From Candidatus Norongarragalinales archaeon (GTDB lineage: Archaea > Micrarchaeota > Micrarchaeia > Norongarragalinales > DASYRB01), in NCBI GenBank assembly GCA_036004805.1, contig DASYRB010000026.1, positions 4,938 through 68,937 on the forward strand: a stretch of 64,000 bases of DNA, given 5' to 3'. A model generated the notes under the pieces. It did no database searches and was not told where the DNA came from. It saw nothing but the letters and a program-made list of their open reading frames with translations. Below, piece by piece: positions 58,301 to 64,000 of this stretch. Numbering within the stretch: the first letter of the stretch is position 1; the number at the start of each line of letters is the position of its first letter. Made by a program: the position numbers and the translations under genes.

Positions 58301-59343
58301 TATCCAGTTCCACCGTCTCCACCGTAATCACCGTCGAGCTCGCAATACCAGTAAGTGTCGTGCGGTCCGCCTTGTCCACCGCTTCCACCAAGTCCCCAGA
58401 CCGCTCCAGAGACCTGTGAAGTGACTGCATAGATGCTGGTTTGTCCCGCGTTTCCACCGTTTCCACCAGTGCCACCGTGCGCGTCGCAACCCTTCGCGGC
58501 CTGACCGTTTCCACCAACGCCACCATTAGCGAAGATAGAACCGGTGAGCACGAAGTCGTTCGACAAGAAGTTCAAGTTTTGCGCGTTTCCACCATTTCCA
58601 CCCCACGTTCCGTAAGCAGGGCTGTAAGGGTGGTCGACCGCGCCGTTCCATCCATTCCATGATGGTTGTCCGGCGTCGCCGTTAGCGTCAATGTTTCCAT
58701 AAATATAGATGTGGTTCGCGAAAACGTTCAACGTTCCGCTGCGCACGTAAAGAGTCGTGCCGGCAGGAATCACGAAAGTGTCATAATAGAAAGATCCACC
58801 GTAAACCGTCTGCGTCGAAACCGTGCACGTGCCGTTCGCTCCGTTATTGCAGTTCGTTCCTTGCAACGCGCCTGCCGGAATCGCGCCCGTCGGAGGCTGC
58901 ATCGGTCCAGCATATCCGCCATTGTTTCCAGAAACGTTCGCGTTACCAAGCCCAGGGAAAGACGCGTCGGGAGTAGGCTCGTCCGAAGCCAATTGCTGCA
59001 CTAGTTGAACAGGTGCTGGCGTAGCGCTTGGCTGTGGAATCACTTGCGGCAACTGAATGAAAGAAGGCTTCGCTTTCACGATGCCGATTTGAGCCTGAAC
59101 CGTCACCTGAGGCAGTGTTTTGACGCTCGGGTCGGTAGCTACTATATTAGAAAGAACAGGAGAAACCGCGGCGTGAACGCCGCCGATATTCGCAACAGCG
59201 AATGGGCTGTCAGAAGCATCAGAAACGCCAATAGTTGGTTGAAGTGGCTTGAAGGCGTACGCGCTTGCGATTGGAGAAATCGCGATAGCTACGAAGGCAA
59301 GGATCGCGATGCCGAAAATCGCGTAAGAGGTTTGTTTATTCAA
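55306..59343 (-). CDS. Large secreted protein: Gly-rich domain, Big1/Big2 Ig domains, two PKD domains, carboxypeptidase-like domains
   Basis: Likely TTG start 59343; signal peptide; GGNGGN repeats; WSTSNPSIATI (Big2); ASYDPDG..SYFWDFGD (PKD); no C-terminal TM. Confidence 0.88.
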   Translation of the reverse strand: MNKQTSYAIFGIAILAFVAIAISPIASAYAFKPLQPTIGVSDASDSPFAVANIGGVHAAVSPVLSNIVATDPSVKTLPQVTVQAQIGIVKAKPSFIQLPQVIPQPSATPAPVQLVQQLASDEPTPDASFPGLGNANVSGNNGGYAGPMQPPTGAIPAGALQGTNCNNGANGTCTVSTQTVYGGSFYYDTFVIPAGTTLYVRSGTLNVFANHIYIYGNIDANGDAGQPSWNGWNGAVDHPYSPAYGTWGGNGGNAQNLNFLSNDFVLTGSIFANGGVGGNGQAAKGCDAHGGTGGNGGNAGQTSIYAVTSQVSGAVWGLGGSGGQGGPHDTYWYCELDGDYGGDGGTGYGGQSHTPLVAPRQLVSVQVVPANLTVYQNDTIQYTAIGRDAGGYLFPIYNPAWSTSNPSIATITSPAGLATAGNPGTATIQASYLTVNGSTFLNVANGTLGSPYTLYLYPNATTITAGQSARVDANVFDILNNPVVDGTLVSFSTSIGIVNPLSANTVGGIASTIFNSTLAGNATITATSGTVTNTTVIQVLPGAATQMYVVPSVATLPLGGNYQFNVIAFDQYNNPVVVIPAWSVVNTTVGVVSSGGLFTALAPGTTTLVANAGSLSANATVTVTAFPLSYIDITPKNLVVLNNSVTQYTVTGYDTNGTAVAVNANWTIAPTLGNFVPAQNTQNTNFTANTIGNATITAVSGSFTNTTGVTVALGGPALLTVNPVLLNTTVGTLNSLIRWNVFDAAGNPLTFTSTPGMVLTNAIGFYACVFTGASYNYDCLFNATAAGTGNLNGFYSGLSNTTFINVTTPTNDTIAPNVTIVQPMNITYNTTTIPVDINAVDNVAVASVWYNVLGGNLSFVGPTSFVVPGPGTYTINAWANDTSGNVGTAAPVTFTVLSNATVNVPPVAYASVDNSTPVTGQLITFNASASYDPDGFIVSYFWDFGDASNATGVTANHSYSIGGLYTATLTVTDNGTASNSTTLLINVSTPFIDTVAPTVIILSPLNATYNVTTIPVDIFATDNVAVTSTWFNWNGTNQTFAGITNITVPSNGTYTLNAFASDAAGNVGTDTVTFTVNTSASANVSNIPPVAYATADNYTPVVGQIVTLNASASYDPDNNTPLSYQWFYGDATNTTSLTTNAVVTHAYTATGVYTATMIVTDALGASNATSFNITVGAPASNATGNLYGFVTNSSGGPLNGALVQIVGYNYSALTNASGFYNITLPAGTYSVSASNAGYVTQTASPIVINANQSLMLNFALGRAGAFSGTVIDAVNGTMLSGALVQAFQSGTLIASNTTNGSGVYWLNDLAPGTYNLTATATGYGSVSIYNNLLQAGQVTIVNFGM
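55822..56910 (-). repeat. Internal tandem duplication of an Ig-like+PKD module (period 543 nt / 181 aa)
   Basis: DTIAPNVTI...PPVAYASVDN at 56910 versus DTVAPTVII...PPVAYATADN at 56367. Confidence 0.85.
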
Positions 59344-59474
59344 TTTTGTTGAAATCACAAAAAGCGCAGAAAGCCCCACGGTTCCCACCGGGACCAACCA
59401 CGCTGATACAATTAGTTATCTAATCAGCCAAAACACCTATATAAGCCTTTTCCCCACTGGCCAGTAGTTACAAA

Positions 59475-60383
59475 CTAACTGGCTGATGGTGGTGGTCCGT
59501 AAGTACGTCTTAATGCCTTGAAAGCGTTCTTGAGACCGAAGTGGTGAATCATTGTCGGATAGGCAGCTCTGCCACCAATGCCGAGCTCTTGCAAATGACG
59601 AGCGACGATGAAGGGATCAGTTCCAACGGCCTTCAGTTTCTGTGTTATTTCGTCTGCGGCCTTCATCTGTAATTCGCGCGTTTCGATACCACGCGCTTTT
59701 CGAAGCTCCTCGAAAACTTGCTCCATCGGAACGAGCGCGCCAGTCCTTCTTGCAAAAATGATGTGGTGCAGAGGCGCTCTTGATTTGTAGAGAATCTCGC
59801 GTGATTCAGGAAGCGAAAAAAGTGACTGCCGAGAACGCATCACCTTGTAAGTCGCGATCGCATGAATGGGCGAAACGCTGCCATTCAGCTCGTGAGTGAA
59901 AAACTTTTCAGCCGCGGATTTCGATTGTTTAACTCGAGAAAGTCTTTGCCGCAAATCTCTCTCGAACGCGATGCGCACCATGTTCGGCGCGTGGCTGGGA
60001 TCGATTCCGAGGTGTTGCAATAGCGAATACTTGTTTCTTTCCGGAATCTCTTTGCGACTCAAAACGTGCATGAGCTGTTCTTTGAGCGAGGGAAAAGCGG
60101 GTTGCGCGAACGCGAAAAAAGCGGTCTGCGTCGCGGGATCACCGTCTTTCGCGAGTGTTTCTACGAGGGCGGTTTTTCGGATCTCGTTCTTTTCGCTCCT
60201 CGGCATGCCGCGATAGCGTTCATCGAACCAGGAGTGAATGTGTTCGGCATTCGCATTGCGAACAAAGTCCTTGAGAGAGCGCGAGGCTTTTCGGAACGCG
60301 GTTCTCGTCTTCTGGTTTTTAACGCGTTCTTCGATCTCTCTTCGAAGCGCTCTGGCTCTGGGTTTCGTTCTCTGCCTTGGCAC
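59475..60383 (-). CDS. Hypothetical basic helical protein
   Basis: Likely GTG start at 60383 (PRQRTKPRAR) with TTTAAA 26 bp upstream. Confidence 0.7.
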   Translation of the reverse strand: MPRQRTKPRARALRREIEERVKNQKTRTAFRKASRSLKDFVRNANAEHIHSWFDERYRGMPRSEKNEIRKTALVETLAKDGDPATQTAFFAFAQPAFPSLKEQLMHVLSRKEIPERNKYSLLQHLGIDPSHAPNMVRIAFERDLRQRLSRVKQSKSAAEKFFTHELNGSVSPIHAIATYKVMRSRQSLFSLPESREILYKSRAPLHHIIFARRTGALVPMEQVFEELRKARGIETRELQMKAADEITQKLKAVGTDPFIVARHLQELGIGGRAAYPTMIHHFGLKNAFKALRRTYGPPPSAS

Positions 60384-60464
60384 GAGAGAGAAAATGCTTT
60401 TGGAAAGCTTTAAATTGCGACGGTCAGGCAATCTGTTCAACACACACGGGTGATGCTTAGAAAA

Positions 60465-61820
60465 ATGGCTCGAGAAGAATTCAGAAATCCGTTCAGGAAA
60501 GCGAAAAACGTCATCGCAGGCGTATTCGCAGGAAGCGCGGCCCTTGCGGCACTCGGCGCTGCCCACAAAGTTCACGCTAACATCAACCCCAACGAGCTCT
60601 CCAGACTACCCAACCCTGGAGAAGGAATCCACGGACCAAGCATCACCGACGCCGGACAAACCTCACTCGCTCTACAGGCAAACACGAGCGGCTACATGGG
60701 AACCATCCACTTCACGGCGGGCGGCAACAAACGCGGCTTCGGACTATTGTTCCACGACGCGATGCGCCTCTACATGCTCGAAAACACTCCTCAAGGCGGC
60801 AAAGTGCACGAAGTAAGCAACTTCCTCGGCCTCACCACATCGACGCACGCGTTCGGACTGCGACCAATGCTCGGCGCAACCGTCGGCGTAGTAAGGGACG
60901 CTCAAGGAAAACTCAAGCCAGACAACCTCGGACACATCGGCATTTCATACAAAGACCCAGAAAAAGGATTCCCGATCGCCAGCGCCGAAGCAGTGCTCGG
61001 AGGCTCGAAGGGTGTTAAGGACTTCAACGCTTACCTAGCCCTCGGAAACGCCGTGAACGCCACGGAGTTCTTCGCGAACAGGAAGGAAGTGCTCGCACGC
61101 ATCCACCGCGGACTCACGCTCGACGGCAGCGTCTACGCAGGCGCAGGATTCAGGCCCGGCGTCATCATCAGCGGCAAGCCAGCACAAGGATTCTTCGAAC
61201 TCGGAGGCCTTTGGAAGAAGCTCGGCTTCGGCGTGCGTCTAACCGCCGGCAGCAAGTCACGTGGACCCGACGTCTCACTCGCACTCACAGTCAAGCCCTG
61301 GGTAGGACCGCTAGCCACTCAAGAACAGCTCCTGGAAGAACGCGACTTCATCCACGGACTCTACAAAGCCGCTTCCGGCGTCCAACGCGCTCGACTGACC
61401 GCGCTCAAGAGCATCGCCAAGGAACAAATACCCGGACACCTGACGAGACTGCAAGAAATCCAAGACTCGCTCATCGCACAAGCCGCAATCCTGAACACGG
61501 GACAAGCGACCTCAGCGGATCGCGACAAGTACGTCGACCTCAAACAAAAATACAAACTGGTAGTCACTGAAGCCAATGACACGCTGCAACAAGGACTCTC
61601 GCAACTGCCTCTCGGCGAAAGACTCGAAATTCCGAGACTCCGCAAGAGACTCAACGAGCTCGAAAAGTCACTGCCGCCAATGTCGCGACTGCCGGAAAGC
61701 TTCCCAGAAAACGTCAACGACGAACTCGGAGACCTCCTGAGACGCGCGGCCACGCTGCAAAAGAGCCTTGACGGCTTCAAGAAAGCCATCGACGAACTGC
61801 CCGCACCAAAGAAAGACTAA
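60465..61820 (+). CDS. Hypothetical exported protein: beta-strand-rich domain plus coiled coil
   Basis: Signal-like N-terminus ending VHA; Gly/aromatic alternating strands; helical C-terminus. Confidence 0.8.
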   Translation: MAREEFRNPFRKAKNVIAGVFAGSAALAALGAAHKVHANINPNELSRLPNPGEGIHGPSITDAGQTSLALQANTSGYMGTIHFTAGGNKRGFGLLFHDAMRLYMLENTPQGGKVHEVSNFLGLTTSTHAFGLRPMLGATVGVVRDAQGKLKPDNLGHIGISYKDPEKGFPIASAEAVLGGSKGVKDFNAYLALGNAVNATEFFANRKEVLARIHRGLTLDGSVYAGAGFRPGVIISGKPAQGFFELGGLWKKLGFGVRLTAGSKSRGPDVSLALTVKPWVGPLATQEQLLEERDFIHGLYKAASGVQRARLTALKSIAKEQIPGHLTRLQEIQDSLIAQAAILNTGQATSADRDKYVDLKQKYKLVVTEANDTLQQGLSQLPLGERLEIPRLRKRLNELEKSLPPMSRLPESFPENVNDELGDLLRRAATLQKSLDGFKKAIDELPAPKKD

Positions 61821-61844
61821 AAACGAAAAAAAAAAGATTTTTTT

Positions 61845-64000
61845 TTAGTCCTTCGAGAAGCGCGCCTTAACTCCCTTGCTTTCTAATTCTGCCGAAGCTT
61901 CAAAATCTCCCTTCAATGGTGCGATTCTTGCCAAGGAGGCGCCGACTTCTTGTTCGAGCTCTTTCAACTTCTTCTCGAACAAGCCGCGGTCAGCCTTTAC
62001 CATTTCGAGAGTTAGGGTTATTTTGTCGTGAACGTTGAGACCGTTCTTCTTGCGTGATTCTTGCACGGCGCGCACGAGCTCGCGGAACAACGCGACGTTC
62101 ATCATTTCCTCATCCAGCTTGCGAGGCACCAACACTACGCCTCCATCGAGTTCTTTCTTCAGCCAGTCGCCAGGAATTTTCTGCTTCGAAGGCACGAACT
62201 CGACACTCTCGCAATTCAGCGAGCGCTGCAGCACCGACTGCAAGTCTTTTACGACGGGCGCGAACTGTTCTCCCGTAATGAGCACTTTCTTCAAAGGCCA
62301 TCGCAGTTTCAAGTTCGCTTCCTGCCTCGCGCTGCCGACCGCTTCCGTCAACGCGCGGGCGAGCTTCATTTCTTGTTCTAGCTTTTCTTTCATCCGCTTC
62401 TTTTCCGGCTCGGGCCATGTTTCGAAATGCACGCTCTCCTCATCTTTCGCGCTGCGCATTTTTTGGAAAACGTATTCGCTCATGAACGGCGTGACCGGCG
62501 CGAGCATTTTCAGTATCTCGAAAAGCGCGTGACGCATCGTCGCGAGCACCGCTTTCTTGCTCGACGCATCTCCCGAGAGAGAAGCGCGGTCGCGGATGAG
62601 CTTGATGTACCATCTCGAAAAGTCGTCGGTCACGAACTCGAGCATCTCACGTCCGGCCATGTGGAACTCGAAGTTTTCCAGGTGCGCGGTCGCGCTTTGT
62701 TTGACGTGCTGAAGGCGAGAAAGCAGCCACTCGTCCTCGACCTCGAGCTTGACTTTCGATAGTTCGGGAGCGGTTTCTTTGTACGTCTGGTAGAACGCGA
62801 ATGTGTTGTAAAGGATCGTGAGCGCGCGCTGCACTTCCTGCGCCGTCTTGAAACTGAATTTTTGTACTTCCCAAGGCGCGACTTCCCAACAGTAATACGC
62901 GCGAACCGCGTCGGCGCTCGCTGAATCGATGGATTGGTCGGCGTCGACGATGTTGCCGAGGCTCTTGCTCATTTTTTCTCCCTTCTCGTCCAACACCCAG
63001 CCCATGAGCGACACGGCTTTGTATGAAGAGTGTCCGAACGCGCCCACGCCGCAAAGCAGTAGGGAGTCGAACCAGCCTCGCACTTGGTCTTGCGACTCGC
63101 AAATCATGTCGCAGGGCTTCATTTCTTCGAACAATTCCTTGTTAGTATTTGGATAGCCCATGCTGGCCCAGGGCGCGATGCCGCTGTCGAACCATACGGT
63201 GAAAATGTGTGGCACGCGCTTCATCGCGCTGTCGCACTTGCTGCATTTGAGCTCGATCTTGTCGACCGTGTGCCTGTGCAGGTCTTGCAGTGACTTTTCG
63301 TCGAGTTTTTTGATCGATTTTTCTTTGAGTTCTTTGCGGCTGCCGATGACGGTCTTGTTGTCGCATTTCGTGCATTCCCATATCGGCATCGGGATTCCCC
63401 AGTAGCGTTGTTGTGACAGTCCCCAGTCTTCACGGTCGGCGATCCAGTTCTGCATCTTTACTTTTCCGAACGAGGGCAGCCATCTCGTTTTCTCGTTCTC
63501 TTCCATCATTTTTTCCTTGATGGGGTCGACTTTCATGAACCACTGTTTCGAAACGCGGAAAATGAGCGGCGTCTTGCATCTCCAACAGACCGCGGCGCGG
63601 TGCACGAACGTGCTCGCGTTCAACACCTTGCCTTCTTTTTCTAATATTTCGAGGACGAGCTTGTTCGCTTCGTCAGTGGATTTGCCTTCGAGTTCGCCGG
63701 CTTCCTGCGTGTAGCGGCCTTTCTCGTTCACGGGCGAGAGAATGGGCATGTTGTAGTGTTTGCCGAAAAAGTTGTCCGTTTGTCCGTGGCCGGGCGCGAC
63801 GTGCACGAGGCCGCTTCCTGCGTCCATCGTGACGAAGTGTTCGTATTCTTCGCTCTCAGCGAGCGATTGTTTCTCGCCGCTAGCGCTGCCCGGTTTTTCA
63901 CTCTCGCTTTTCATGACGTGTTTCTTGTACTTCTTGTTCGTCATGATCACGATGCTTGCGTAGACCTTGTGCGCTTTGCCGTTCTTCGCCGCTTCTTTTT
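61845..64000 (-). CDS. ileS: Isoleucine--tRNA ligase (5' part outside the window)
   Basis: GSGLVHVAPGHG, CWRCKTPL, DWGLSQQRYWGIP, WFDSG, DQVRGWF, KMSKSLGN. Confidence 0.96.
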   Translation of the reverse strand, partial: KEAAKNGKAHKVYASIVIMTNKKYKKHVMKSESEKPGSASGEKQSLAESEEYEHFVTMDAGSGLVHVAPGHGQTDNFFGKHYNMPILSPVNEKGRYTQEAGELEGKSTDEANKLVLEILEKEGKVLNASTFVHRAAVCWRCKTPLIFRVSKQWFMKVDPIKEKMMEENEKTRWLPSFGKVKMQNWIADREDWGLSQQRYWGIPMPIWECTKCDNKTVIGSRKELKEKSIKKLDEKSLQDLHRHTVDKIELKCSKCDSAMKRVPHIFTVWFDSGIAPWASMGYPNTNKELFEEMKPCDMICESQDQVRGWFDSLLLCGVGAFGHSSYKAVSLMGWVLDEKGEKMSKSLGNIVDADQSIDSASADAVRAYYCWEVAPWEVQKFSFKTAQEVQRALTILYNTFAFYQTYKETAPELSKVKLEVEDEWLLSRLQHVKQSATAHLENFEFHMAGREMLEFVTDDFSRWYIKLIRDRASLSGDASSKKAVLATMRHALFEILKMLAPVTPFMSEYVFQKMRSAKDEESVHFETWPEPEKKRMKEKLEQEMKLARALTEAVGSARQEANLKLRWPLKKVLITGEQFAPVVKDLQSVLQRSLNCESVEFVPSKQKIPGDWLKKELDGGVVLVPRKLDEEMMNVALFRELVRAVQESRKKNGLNVHDKITLTLEMVKADRGLFEKKLKELEQEVGASLARIAPLKGDFEASAELESKGVKARFSKD

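Noticed and set aside
59345..59474. Short inverted repeats upstream of the surface cluster as an ncRNA
   Set aside because: Stems are only 5-7 bp; adequately explained as a promoter region (TTATATA) with a possible operator.

Overview
Gene-dense archaeal chromosome segment, most likely from a DPANN archaeon and plausibly Micrarchaeota-like. The lineage call is inferred from S17e, NMD3, DUF2070, archaeal TpiA, ProRS and ADP-forming acetyl-CoA synthetase, TATA-type promoters and a BHB tRNA intron. Housekeeping genes include argS, proS, partial ileS, smc, tpiA, a beta-CASP nuclease, nmd3, rps17e, lemA-htpX, pcm and hsp20. The window also has a speD-mtnA polyamine/methylthioadenosine-salvage-like operon, a glycosyltransferase cluster, six very large modular Asn/Thr-rich surface proteins and many basic orphan ORFs. 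The most notable items are: (1) a low-coding island at about 19.2-20.15 kb where two small ORFs (one DUF736/ssDNA-binding-like) are each preceded by a related, strand-asymmetric bulged hairpin; (2) an acdB-GNAT-GNAT-acdA operon resembling a split Pat/PatZ acetyltransferase; (3) tRNA-Gln(UUG) with a non-canonical D-loop intron; (4) a secreted protein with a beta-barrel-like sequence pattern; (5) single palindromic TTTAAA boxes shared by divergent gene pairs. No CRISPR array, rRNA, transposase, integrase or reverse transcriptase was seen. All product calls come from motif recognition by eye; no database searches were run.
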